From positions 1 through 33,911 of IMG/VR virus record IMGVR_UViG_3300020463_001618: 33,911 nt of DNA. The stretch is one strand, 5' to 3'. Position 1 is the first letter of the stretch. The number at the start of each line of letters is the position of its first letter. Below are positions 1-8,284 of the stretch, piece by piece. The translations under genes and the position numbers were made by a program. This DNA is from a virus (lineage: Duplodnaviria > Caudoviricetes). Under the pieces are notes generated by a model. It saw nothing but the letters and a program-made list of their open reading frames with translations, made no database searches and was not told the origin of the DNA.

Positions 1-158
1 TTGTCTTTTAATGCACCAAGTTCTTGTTGACTTGCACCTTTACGTCCTGCTTCAGCGGCTTTTTTCATGTATTCTTTGCCGTGCTTTTTGACGCCTGTGT
101 AATATTGTAAGCCTGATTCGTTTTCGGCTTCCTTTAAATAATCTTGAAATGTTTTCAT
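1..158 (-). CDS. Putative internal head protein (partial, runs off the window start)
   Basis: Not in the ORF track. My translation from ATG 158 is MKTFQDYLKEAENESGLQYYTGVKKHGKEYMKKAAEAGRKGASQQELGALKD. The N-terminus resembles the T4 capsid-targeting sequence MKTYQEFIAE, and promoter motifs lie at 183-211. Confidence 0.7.
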   Translation of the reverse strand, partial: MKTFQDYLKEAENESGLQYYTGVKKHGKEYMKKAAEAGRKGASQQELGALKD

Positions 159-182
159 AATGATAATAACCTTTATACTACT

Positions 183-211
183 AATATAAAGTATTTATCA
201 CAGTTTGTCTA
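183..211 (-). promoter_or_regulatory. Composite promoter: sigma70-like TAGACA-N17-TATATT with a late GATAAATA element inside the spacer
   Basis: -35 TAGACA at 206-211, 17-nt spacer, -10 TATATT at 183-188, TAAATA at 192-197. Confidence 0.55.
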
Positions 212-219
212 CTAAAAGT

Positions 220-486
220 TTATACAGAGATTTCGATATCGAACTTGGAGAAGCCCATATCGAATAGTTTATTGGCTATATTTTCAGCGATTTCGTTGCT
301 TTGTGCTTCGTTTAGTTTGTTATGTGTGTCAATAGTAAGCATTGTTTCGCCTTTATCGGTCTCTATAACCTCATAATGCGTTTCTGCTTCATTAAGTGCT
401 TCGCCTGTACAGTTTAGTACTTGCTCGGCAACAATAGCATCAACATCTTCTTCTTTGTTAGGCCATATAATACTAATACTTTCCAT
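220..486 (-). CDS. Hypothetical acidic protein, possible head-associated protein
   Basis: 88-aa ORF with an AGGAG Shine-Dalgarno (SD) just upstream. It has two L-N-E-A motifs resembling prohead protease sites. Confidence 0.7.
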   Translation of the reverse strand: MESISIIWPNKEEDVDAIVAEQVLNCTGEALNEAETHYEVIETDKGETMLTIDTHNKLNEAQSNEIAENIANKLFDMGFSKFDIEISV

Positions 487-494
487 AATAACTC

Positions 495-836
495 CTAATG
501 ATTCAACATGATACTATTTACTGTACCATCTGTGTACACAAGTTTTGCTCTAACCCAAACATAGTTACCTGTAAAGTTAGCAAATTTATTATCAGTCTCT
601 GCCGCGGCTGTGTATGAGTGTACTTCAAACCAATCGCTTTCTGTAGGTGTAGTAGCAAGTGAAGCCTGGATACTAATAGTACCTGTTAGACCCGCATAAT
701 TGTACTGTACAGTGTGCAAACCATCTGCACGACCGTAATACCCATCACCTTTGTAGTCAGTACCTGTAACGGTCACAACAGTACTATCTCCTGGGTGTGT
801 ATTTGCTGATAAAATTGTTTCGCTATTGCTTGGCAT
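495..836 (-). CDS. Hypothetical beta-rich protein, probably virion-associated
   Basis: 113 aa, Thr/Gly/Tyr-rich. A late promoter core sits 5 nt before the ATG. Confidence 0.7.
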   Translation of the reverse strand: MPSNSETILSANTHPGDSTVVTVTGTDYKGDGYYGRADGLHTVQYNYAGLTGTISIQASLATTPTESDWFEVHSYTAAAETDNKFANFTGNYVWVRAKLVYTDGTVNSIMLNH

Positions 837-841
837 ACATA

Positions 842-849
842 TATTTATC
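842..849 (-). promoter_or_regulatory. Late promoter GATAAATA, leaderless (N5-ATG)
   Basis: GATAAATA-TATGT-ATG at the start of 495..836. Confidence 0.75.
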
Positions 850-856
850 TAAAGTC

Positions 857-3106
857 TTATGCATCAACAGTTACGGGTTTTGTTGCTTTATCCGTAACAA
901 GTACAATAGCATTGTCTTTGACATCGATAACTACGTGTCCGCCTGTTTTTAATGCACCAAACAATAATAGTTTACTTAGATCCTTCTTGACCTCTTTATC
1001 AATAGTTCTTTGTAATGGTCTTGCACCCATCTTGCTATCAAAGCCTGTTTCAACAAGGTAGTCAATAGCGTCATTTGTAATCTCAACAGTAACGTTTTTC
1101 TCTGTTAGCATCGCTTTTAGTTCTACAAGGAACTTACCAACAATTTTAATCATTACGTTCTTCTCAAGTTTGCCAAATGCTACAACGCCATCAAGTCTAT
1201 TACGGAACTCTGGAGCAAAGAACTTCTTAAGTTCAGTATCTTCGTATTCTATTTCCATGTCTTCGTTGAAGCCGATCGCATTTTTCTCTGCCTGTTCTGC
1301 ACCAAGATTGGTTGTTAGAATGAGAATGGCATTTTTTGCGTCGGCTTCCTTACCGTTGCTACCTGTAACTTTTCCGTTGTCCATTAACTGTAATAAAATC
1401 TGTGAAACATCTGGGTGTGCTTTTTCAATTTCATCTAACAGTAATACACAATTAGGGTGTTCTTGTAATTTAGTAATCAATAGTCCTGCACTATCTTCGT
1501 AACCTACATATCCTGGAGGTGATCCAATTAGTTTTGCAACACTATGTTTCTCTTGATATTCTGACATATCAAATCTTACAAGTTCAACACTTAATTGATT
1601 TGCAAGTTGTCTTGCTGTTTCAGTTTTACCTACACCAGTTGGACCCATAAACACAAAAGAACCAATTGGTTTATTTTCTGCTTTAAGTCCTGCCTGTGCA
1701 ACAAGAATCTTATCTACAATTTCATCTATCGCAGAGTCTTGTCCGTACACTTGCTTCTTAAGATTGCTATCTAAGTTAGCAAGGTTGCTTGATTCTTTTT
1801 GTTGTACTTGTTCTGGCGGTAGTTTAACTGCTTTAGCAAGTTCAAACTGTACTTCTTCTTTGCCTACAACACGTTCAGTAACTTCTTTTAAGTTGAAACG
1901 TGAACAAGCCAAGTCTAATAAGTCAATTGCTTTGTCTGGTAGTTTTCTATCAGCCATATATTTTACACTTAACTTAATTGACTCGTCAATTGCTTCATCA
2001 GTAATGTTAACTTTATGAAACTCTTCGTAATACTTTTTAATACCTTGTAAAATTTCTGTAGTTACATTCTTATCAGGTTCTGAAACACTTATTCTTTGGA
2101 ACCTACGCATTAATGCACGATCCTTTTCAAAGTATTTTCTATATTCTTCCCATGTAGTACTTGCTACAACTTTAATGTCGCCTTTACCTAATGCAGGCTT
2201 TAACATATTAGCCAAGTCATTTGAACTACCTGACCCTGCATTACCGGCACCATTCATCATATGTGCTTCATCGATAAACACAATAGTTTTACCTTGCTTT
2301 TTAATTGCACTCATTACAAGTTTGAAACGTTCTTCAAAGTCACCTCTGTATTTAGAACCTGCCAACATAGCACTAATATCTAAGTTGTATACTGAATACT
2401 CTTGTAAAAATTCTGGTACTGCTTTATTAACAATATTAAATGCAAGTCCTTCAGCAATAGCAGTTTTACCTACACCAGGATCACCTACAAGTAGTACATT
2501 ATTTTTACTACGTCTACCTAATGCAAGTGCAATACCTTCAAGTTCATCTGCACGACCAATTACAGGATCAATCTTTTGATTGCCTGCTTCTTTATTAAGG
2601 TTAGTTGTAAAGTCACGTAAAGCCTTTTCAGCGACTTGACGCATTTCTTCATCTTCATAAATTGTATCTAATTCGTTGTTTAAATATTCTGCAAAGCCTT
2701 CTTTTGTAAGACCTGACTTTTGAATGTGGTAGTATGACCAACTTTTCTTTTCGCCCATAATACTTAAAAATACATCAGTTGTTTCTATATGTTGGCGACC
2801 ACTAAACAATACTTGTGTGAATGCTCTGTTTAAAACCCTTTCAACTGTTGCAGTTTTCTTTGGCTTAAACTTTTTAATGTCATCAGCAACTTTAATTTCG
2901 TCAAGTTCTGTTTTTAAGTAATGCTCAATATTCTTTTTAATGAACTCAGGATCAGCACCAGCACCTTCTACTACTTTTACAAAGTTATCTACGCATAGCA
3001 TAGCAAATAATAAGTGCTCAAGTGTTACATACTCGTGCCTTAACTTCTTTGCATCATTAATAGACTTGTCAAATACTGCTTGTAATTCATCACTTGGTTC
3101 TACCAT
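857..3106 (-). CDS. clpA: ATP-dependent Clp protease ATPase subunit ClpA
   Basis: Clp N-domain (HEYVTLEHLL), two AAA+ modules (GDPGVGKT/FIDEAH and GPTGVGKT/LLDEIEKAHP), GSPPGYVG pore loop, IGF ClpP-docking loop. There is no ClpB middle coiled coil. Confidence 0.93.
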   Translation of the reverse strand: MVEPSDELQAVFDKSINDAKKLRHEYVTLEHLLFAMLCVDNFVKVVEGAGADPEFIKKNIEHYLKTELDEIKVADDIKKFKPKKTATVERVLNRAFTQVLFSGRQHIETTDVFLSIMGEKKSWSYYHIQKSGLTKEGFAEYLNNELDTIYEDEEMRQVAEKALRDFTTNLNKEAGNQKIDPVIGRADELEGIALALGRRSKNNVLLVGDPGVGKTAIAEGLAFNIVNKAVPEFLQEYSVYNLDISAMLAGSKYRGDFEERFKLVMSAIKKQGKTIVFIDEAHMMNGAGNAGSGSSNDLANMLKPALGKGDIKVVASTTWEEYRKYFEKDRALMRRFQRISVSEPDKNVTTEILQGIKKYYEEFHKVNITDEAIDESIKLSVKYMADRKLPDKAIDLLDLACSRFNLKEVTERVVGKEEVQFELAKAVKLPPEQVQQKESSNLANLDSNLKKQVYGQDSAIDEIVDKILVAQAGLKAENKPIGSFVFMGPTGVGKTETARQLANQLSVELVRFDMSEYQEKHSVAKLIGSPPGYVGYEDSAGLLITKLQEHPNCVLLLDEIEKAHPDVSQILLQLMDNGKVTGSNGKEADAKNAILILTTNLGAEQAEKNAIGFNEDMEIEYEDTELKKFFAPEFRNRLDGVVAFGKLEKNVMIKIVGKFLVELKAMLTEKNVTVEITNDAIDYLVETGFDSKMGARPLQRTIDKEVKKDLSKLLLFGALKTGGHVVIDVKDNAIVLVTDKATKPVTVDA

Positions 3107-3624
3107 TTAACATCCACCTTATATTTTTTAAATAATTTTTGTTGTTTCTTCTTTGCCATATCTAATCTTAGTTTACTTACTCTGTCTGTAAAGTTAATAC
3201 CTTGTAAGTGATCATATTCATGTTGGAATATTCTTGCATTATAACCTACAAACTCTATTGTACACTCTTTGCCTGCAGAGTCAAGACACTTGGCAACCAA
3301 AGCAGTTGCACGTTTAACCTTAAAGTATAAACCAGGGTAACTTAAACAACCTTCTTCACCTTCTATAACCCTATCGTCGATCTTAATAACTTCCGGATTG
3401 ATAATAGCAAACGATTCATCGTAGTCTTTCATCTCATGTGGCTTCAAAACAAATATCTGTCCGTCAAGTCCTACTTGATTGGCACTAAGACCTACACCTG
3501 CATTCTTTTCCATAATATCAATCATTTGCTTTTCGATATCTTTTGCATCAAGTGTATTGAAATCAAAAGGTTTGACTTTCGTCTCTAACCATTTGTTCGG
3601 GTGTAGTACTAATTTTAGTTTCAT
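3100..3624 (-). CDS. def: Peptide deformylase
   Basis: All three motifs are present: GVGLSANQVG, EGCLS, QHEYDHLQG. Confidence 0.96.
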   Translation of the reverse strand: MKLKLVLHPNKWLETKVKPFDFNTLDAKDIEKQMIDIMEKNAGVGLSANQVGLDGQIFVLKPHEMKDYDESFAIINPEVIKIDDRVIEGEEGCLSYPGLYFKVKRATALVAKCLDSAGKECTIEFVGYNARIFQHEYDHLQGINFTDRVSKLRLDMAKKKQQKLFKKYKVDVKW

Positions 3625-4445
3625 AACTTCCTTAATATTTCTTTTTGTTCATCCGTTAAATTTGTAGGAACTATACCTTTTATATTTAGATATACATTTC
3701 CTGATTGACCTGTGTTATAGTTAGGAAGACCTTGTCCGTGTATGCTTAATGTTGTGCCTGGTTGTGTGCCTGCTGGTACATTAATACTTATAGTTCGTCC
3801 GTTAGGTAAACTTAGATTTGTGGCAGTACCTAATATTAAATTGAACACATTGATTTCTGTTTGTGTATGCAAGTCGAATCCATTTATTTCAAACTTTGGA
3901 TCACGCATTATACGAACTTTTACAAGAAGATCACCTTTAGGTAATTGTGATATACTATCATCACCTAAACCATTATATTGAATTGTATCTCCGTGCCTCG
4001 AACCTTTTGGAATATCAATGTTAACTGTTTGTTCTCTACCTGTACGTGTTCTAAATGTAGCAAGTACACCTTTGCCTGTGTACACTTCTGCCAGTGTAAT
4101 ATCACATGCGATAGTTATATTTGAATTACGTTGTGGTCTACGTTGTTGTTGTTGAAAGCCTCTACCAAAAATAGTTCCAAACAAGTCTTCCATACCATTT
4201 CCATCAAAACTAAAACCGCCTTGCTGAAATGGATGTTGTTGTTGTGGATCAATAGTTCCGTATTGATCGTATGTTGCTTTCTTTTGTGGATCACTTAATG
4301 CTTGATAGGCTTCATTTAGTTCAGTGAAATATTTATGATCACCACCTTTGTCAGGATGATGTTTAGCCGCCAGTCTGCGAAACGCATTTTTGATTTCTTT
4401 GTCTGAGGCATTTCGGCTAACGCCTAATTTTTCATAATAATCCAT
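3621..4445 (-). CDS. dnaJ: Class II J-domain chaperone (DnaJ/CbpA-like, no Zn finger)
   Basis: DYYEKLGV start, HPD motif, G/F region, DnaJ C-terminal domain (GDLLVKV, GQGLP). No CxxCxGxG repeats. Confidence 0.92.
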   Translation of the reverse strand: MDYYEKLGVSRNASDKEIKNAFRRLAAKHHPDKGGDHKYFTELNEAYQALSDPQKKATYDQYGTIDPQQQHPFQQGGFSFDGNGMEDLFGTIFGRGFQQQQRRPQRNSNITIACDITLAEVYTGKGVLATFRTRTGREQTVNIDIPKGSRHGDTIQYNGLGDDSISQLPKGDLLVKVRIMRDPKFEINGFDLHTQTEINVFNLILGTATNLSLPNGRTISINVPAGTQPGTTLSIHGQGLPNYNTGQSGNVYLNIKGIVPTNLTDEQKEILRKL

Positions 4446-4451
4446 AGTAGT

Positions 4452-4480
4452 ATTATATACTTATTTTAGACGTTTGTCAA
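4452..4480 (-). promoter_or_regulatory. Perfect sigma70 promoter for dnaJ-def-clpA, leaderless
   Basis: TTGACA (4475-4480), N17, TATAAT (4452-4457), 6 nt, then ATG (4445). Confidence 0.9.
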
Positions 4481-4496
4481 GTATTAGTTGTCTGGA

Positions 4497-4808
4497 TTAT
4501 TTTTTACTTTTACTTGTACCTGTATAAAGACCAAACCATGCCGCACCAGCACCAACTACAATACTAATCAAACCACTTTGTTCCATTGTAGGTGCAGGTA
4601 AGTTCATGTACCAAATAACACATTTGTATAATAGTACAATGTAAACAGTTAAGAATAATCTTGGAAAGATTCTCCAAGCATCAACTGCTCTTGCCATATG
4701 TATTAATTTTGCGTATGGGTTAACACCTAAGTCTTTTACACTTGTGTCTACTTCTAAATCTACTTGGATTTTTTGTTTAGGTTCTGCAACCTTTACTTCA
4801 TCAGCCAT
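4497..4808 (-). CDS. Small two-TM membrane protein, holin candidate
   Basis: Two hydrophobic segments (RLFLTVYIVLLYKCVIWY and GLISIVVGAGAAWFGLY), a basic C-terminus, and a position near the lysis genes. Confidence 0.6.
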   Translation of the reverse strand: MADEVKVAEPKQKIQVDLEVDTSVKDLGVNPYAKLIHMARAVDAWRIFPRLFLTVYIVLLYKCVIWYMNLPAPTMEQSGLISIVVGAGAAWFGLYTGTSKSKK

Positions 4809-5089
4809 TATTTCTTTCCCTCTAACTTTTTAAGACGATTTTCGAGTTCGTCTATTTTCTTTGTAACGTATGGATACTTTTGTCTCCAAGCATCTTTTGG
4901 TTGTTGTAACCAAGTCCAGCCCCAACGTTCAACAAGATAATCTGCTATTCTGTCGAACCAACTATATAACCATAGTCCCAATCTTGTACTCTTAAAATAT
5001 GTTGAAAACGCTAAACCAAATAGCGAACCAACCAATGCTGTGTATATCCACAAGCGATCGCTCGCCATTCTTTCAATCATTTCCCACAT
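4808..5089 (-). CDS. Small membrane protein
   Basis: N-terminal TM (LWIYTALVGSLFGLAF), Trp-rich middle, C-terminal coiled coil. 1-nt stop/start overlap with the next gene. Confidence 0.7.
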   Translation of the reverse strand: MWEMIERMASDRLWIYTALVGSLFGLAFSTYFKSTRLGLWLYSWFDRIADYLVERWGWTWLQQPKDAWRQKYPYVTKKIDELENRLKKLEGKK

Positions 5090-5113
5090 AAGTTTCCCTC
5101 TTTATTATATTAG

Positions 5114-5136
5114 TATTTATCTTAACTGTATAAATA
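5114..5136. promoter_or_regulatory. Back-to-back late promoters
   Basis: Minus-strand GATAAATA (core 5114-5119) and a plus-strand perfect T4 late consensus TATAAATA (5129-5136) ahead of iscU. Confidence 0.75.
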
Positions 5137-5164
5137 CTTTTAATATAACTTTTAAGGAACAGGT

Positions 5165-5548
5165 ATGGCTTACTCGGATAAGGTACTTGATCACTACGAA
5201 AACCCACGCAATGTTGGAAGTTTAGATGCTAAAGCAGTTAATGTAGGCACAGGTATGGTTGGAGCACCTGCATGTGGTGACGTTATGAAACTACAAATTG
5301 AAGTGGAAAATGATGTTATAACAGATGCCAAATTTAAAACATATGGCTGTGGCAGTGCAATAGCAAGTTCAAGTTTAGTAACACAAATGGTCAAAGGTAT
5401 GACATTGGATCAAGCATCTGATGTTAAGAACATAGACATTGTAGAAGAACTTGCTCTACCACCTGTGAAGATACATTGTAGTGTTCTGGCAGAAGATGCA
5501 ATTAAATCAGCAATAGCAAATTATAAATCTAAAAACGATAGTACTTAA
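5165..5548 (+). CDS. iscU: Fe-S cluster scaffold IscU
   Basis: YSDKVLDHYENPRNVG, GAPACGDVM, FKTYGCGSAIAS, the LPPVK HscA-binding motif and KIHCS. All three Cys ligands are present, with an AAGGA SD. Confidence 0.97.
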   Translation: MAYSDKVLDHYENPRNVGSLDAKAVNVGTGMVGAPACGDVMKLQIEVENDVITDAKFKTYGCGSAIASSSLVTQMVKGMTLDQASDVKNIDIVEELALPPVKIHCSVLAEDAIKSAIANYKSKNDST

Positions 5549-5703
5549 AAAGTACAAGCGACTTCGCCCTTAGTTTCTATATCGGGATTTCTTAAATCTG
5601 TTAGACTTTCAGTATTAATTTTAACATCAGGCCTTAACTTACAGGTTGTTTTTGTGCAGGAGGCCAGGACGAACAGTAGCAACAGGATCAGTATATGTTT
5701 CAC
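5545..5703 (-). CDS. Small lipoprotein (52 aa, not in ORF track)
   Basis: GTG start at 5703: MKHILILLLLFVLASCTKTTCKLRPDVKINTESLTDLRNPDIETKGEVACTF. It has a signal peptide with an LASC lipobox, and its stop overlaps the iscU stop. Confidence 0.7.
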   Translation of the reverse strand: MKHILILLLLFVLASCTKTTCKLRPDVKINTESLTDLRNPDIETKGEVACTF

Positions 5704-5708
5704 TGTTT

Positions 5709-5897
5709 TTACTTTTGTCTTACTGAATCTATAAAGTTGTAAACCCTGCCAAATTGTTTATCAATACTAATTAAATCTTGTTGAATCATACTGACTATAA
5801 TTTGAAGTTCCATTAACGTAACTAATGTCCAGGTCGCCAGACCCATTAATATTGTGCCTAATAAGGCAATCAACATCGTATTAGTTTTTCGTGTCAT
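5709..5897 (-). CDS. Small single-TM protein
   Basis: Probable start MTRKTNTMLIALLGTILMGLATW at 5897 (the ORF track extends to 5930). One TM followed by an amphipathic helix. Confidence 0.6.
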   Translation of the reverse strand: MTRKTNTMLIALLGTILMGLATWTLVTLMELQIIVSMIQQDLISIDKQFGRVYNFIDSVRQK

Positions 5898-6246
5898 CGG
5901 TGCTTTCGTAATATTCTTTGTATTGATCAATTACTTGACGTTGCTTGATCATGTATGCACGGATCTGTGCAAAGTTTTTGGAAAGGAATTCGTAGTCTTT
6001 ATCACTTAAACCAAACAGTACAGGATCTTTACCTTGTTCTTTTAGTTTAGCAAATACTTCTTCTGCATTTTCGCTTGTGATGATTACCCATTGTAAAGGC
6101 TCCATCTTAGCCGCTTCAGGATGTGATAAGTTTAACTTCTCTCTTGGAACTTCTTGTTCAAAGATTTGTAGTTCTCTCACAGTTGAACACCCACTCACTG
6201 CAACAGCAAGTAAGGCAATAATTAATATGTTAGTTATACGGTACAT
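5881..6246 (-). CDS. Outer-membrane spanin (Rz1-like lipoprotein)
   Basis: Signal peptide with VSGC lipobox (Cys20). Overlaps the 3' end of the TM/coiled-coil gene by 17 nt and lies downstream of the endolysin. Confidence 0.72.
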   Translation of the reverse strand: MYRITNILIIALLAVAVSGCSTVRELQIFEQEVPREKLNLSHPEAAKMEPLQWVIITSENAEEVFAKLKEQGKDPVLFGLSDKDYEFLSKNFAQIRAYMIKQRQVIDQYKEYYESTDDTKN

Positions 6247-6718
6247 AATTTGGATTTGCTATACTCGGACATTCAGCATTAATTTCTGATTTCTTTGTAG
6301 CATTAATTTCCTTCTCTGTTAGTTCTGCCCCCATAGCAATTTCTACACATCGCATTGCTTTCTTGGTATTCTTATTAATAACACGTTCTACTGATTCTGA
6401 TCTTTTTACAGCAAGATCACCTAAGTCTCTAACTTCGCCTTTGCCATTAATTTTATTAAAACGCTTGTCAAGAGCGGCAAACTCTGCGGCAAGTGTTTTA
6501 TTTGTTTGTTCAAGGTCTTTGTTTATTTCGAGGATTTTTTTAAAGTCATTAGCCTGTTGTTCTATTACAGCCTTTTGACTTGCAACACTTTGTTCTAACT
6601 TTAAATTGTTTGCTTCTGATGTAGCCAAGTCTGACTTTAGTGTTTTTACATACATAACACCGCCGCCGGCACCTGCCAACATAATTAAAACTATTGCTAT
6701 TTTAATTGATCCAAACAT
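6230..6718 (-). CDS. Inner-membrane spanin (Rz-like)
   Basis: N-terminal TM, long heptad coiled coil, two C-terminal Cys, followed by a lipoprotein gene. Confidence 0.72.
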   Translation of the reverse strand: MFGSIKIAIVLIMLAGAGGGVMYVKTLKSDLATSEANNLKLEQSVASQKAVIEQQANDFKKILEINKDLEQTNKTLAAEFAALDKRFNKINGKGEVRDLGDLAVKRSESVERVINKNTKKAMRCVEIAMGAELTEKEINATKKSEINAECPSIANPNYVPYN

Positions 6719-6936
6719 TATGCTTCTACCAGTTTAATAAAGTCGCCAACTGTTTTTACGTTGGCTTCATCTTCACTTGAAATAGTTTTGCCTGTTGCTT
6801 CTTGTATTGCAACTGCTAACTCAATGATATCAAAATCGTCAGCACCTAAGTCATCTATCAAAGATGCTTCTGGTACAACCTTAGATATGTCAACGTCTAA
6901 ATGTTCTGCTATGGCTTTAACTACTTTTTCCATCAT
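6718..6936 (-). CDS. Acyl carrier protein-like protein lacking the phosphopantetheine serine
   Basis: IAEHLDVD..VVPEASLIDDLGADDFDIIEL..I..E.A..VKTVGD matches AcpP throughout, but canonical DSL is DDF. Probable start ATG 6936 (or 6933) after AAGGA. Confidence 0.85.
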   Translation of the reverse strand: MMEKVVKAIAEHLDVDISKVVPEASLIDDLGADDFDIIELAVAIQEATGKTISSEDEANVKTVGDFIKLVEA

Positions 6937-7094
6937 CTTCCTTGTTTGCAAACTTCAATCGTAATCATCTTACCGTCGCCGTCTGCAAATTCCTTGTATA
7001 GTGAACCTTCGTGATATTCGTGGCCGCAGTTTTTACAACTTACTTGGCTATTGATATCGCTGTCTCTTTGGTCTCGTTTACTCTGCGTGTCCAT
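6933..7094 (-). CDS. Small Cys/His (possible Zn-binding) protein, 53 aa, not in ORF track
   Basis: MDTQSKRDQRDSDINSQVSCKNCGHEYHEGSLYKEFADGDGKMITIEVCKQGR. It fills the endolysin-ACP gap and its TGA overlaps the ACP ATG (ATGA). The start is uncertain. Confidence 0.55.
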   Translation of the reverse strand: MDTQSKRDQRDSDINSQVSCKNCGHEYHEGSLYKEFADGDGKMITIEVCKQGR

Positions 7095-7567
7095 CCTCTA
7101 CCAAATGTTTCAAAAGTTTTTAATGATTCGTAAAAGTCTTGTCTAATTTGTTGGTATCCGTCAATAGCGGCAGTAACACCTTTCGCTTCACAAAATGCTT
7201 GAGTCTTAGCAATAGTGTTCGGACCAATCCAACCGTCGATTGATGCTCCAACTAATTGTTGTAACATTTTTGTTGCTCTATGACGTCCACCGTTTACACA
7301 CATGTCGAATACACACAAGTCTAAACCTGCTGGAATATCTTCTGCCATAATTGCAGTCCAGTAATTCTTTTTATAGATAGGTGTTACATCTTCGATAGTT
7401 AATTCTTTAATTCTATCTTTAGTAACTACTTTACCCATCCAGTCTTCGTAAGTTTGTTTGGTAACGCCTAAGTTCGTTGCGCCACCTGGATCTTTAGGGT
7501 GATCTACGTACCCGCCTTCGTGATGTAGAATAACTTCTAAACACTTTCTAAAATTATCTTTTGCCAT
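7040..7567 (-). CDS. Endolysin, glycoside hydrolase family 108 with C-terminal peptidoglycan-binding domain
   Basis: HEGGYVDHPKDPGGATNLGVT catalytic motif, DGWIGPNT, FGRGWTRRV. Confidence 0.93.
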   Translation of the reverse strand: MAKDNFRKCLEVILHHEGGYVDHPKDPGGATNLGVTKQTYEDWMGKVVTKDRIKELTIEDVTPIYKKNYWTAIMAEDIPAGLDLCVFDMCVNGGRHRATKMLQQLVGASIDGWIGPNTIAKTQAFCEAKGVTAAIDGYQQIRQDFYESLKTFETFGRGWTRRVNETKETAISIAK

Positions 7568-7573
7568 TTGGTT

Positions 7574-8284
7574 CTATCCTCTTTTACAAATTAGTGAGTA
7601 CCCATTGTTCTCAAGTACCAGTTTTTTACCGTACTTGGTAATGTCATAATCACCTAAGTACTTTGTTAAGTAGATGACTTCAGCAAAGCCGTCGACATCT
7701 AATGACTCATTGATATTTACCTTCTCATTGGGTGCAAAATCGACTATATTGAGATAAATCGGATCCATATATGTATTCTTAATACGCAATTGGCTCTCAT
7801 TTATAATATCAATTTCTTCAGCATAACTCTTGCTAAAGAAGTTTTTATAGTTATCCATATTACTTTCATTAACTTTGATTTCATATGCGTCGTGGTCTGT
7901 TGGGACCTTTTCGGCTAAATTAGCCTCATTACAATCGTGGCTTTTAAAGCCTTTGTAATATCTAAATTTCATGCTTTCTAAATCGGCAATCTTTGTTACT
8001 CCGTCTATAACTTCGTGTATTTGTGCTGGAGCATCTTTACTTCGTTCAATTTCAACAAACACTTTATACATACCATCACGTTGTTCACCGTTGGTTGCAT
8101 CAGCGTCAAGCACAAAAGGATAACCTTTTTCAATAAAGTTTTCTAAGTCTGTTGCACTGCCTTCATTCTTAGTTGAGAAACTTAAGGTAATAATATCTTT
8201 GTCGTCACCCATTTTACTTTTGAAACTATCTATTTCAAAAATACGGTCAACAAGACTAACTAAATCTCCTTTTCTCAATCCCAT
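7574..8284 (-). CDS. Hypothetical phage protein
   Basis: 236-aa ORF coupled to the upstream gene by a 1-nt overlap. It has three [VI]-N-E-S motifs resembling head-protease sites. Confidence 0.75.
   Translation of the reverse strand: MGLRKGDLVSLVDRIFEIDSFKSKMGDDKDIITLSFSTKNEGSATDLENFIEKGYPFVLDADATNGEQRDGMYKVFVEIERSKDAPAQIHEVIDGVTKIADLESMKFRYYKGFKSHDCNEANLAEKVPTDHDAYEIKVNESNMDNYKNFFSKSYAEEIDIINESQLRIKNTYMDPIYLNIVDFAPNEKVNINESLDVDGFAEVIYLTKYLGDYDITKYGKKLVLENNGYSLICKRG

Noticed and set aside
5541-5555. Inverted repeat GTACTT-AAA-AAGTAC at the convergent iscU/lipoprotein stops as a terminator
   Set aside because: The stem is short and AT-rich with no separate U-tract, too weak to call.
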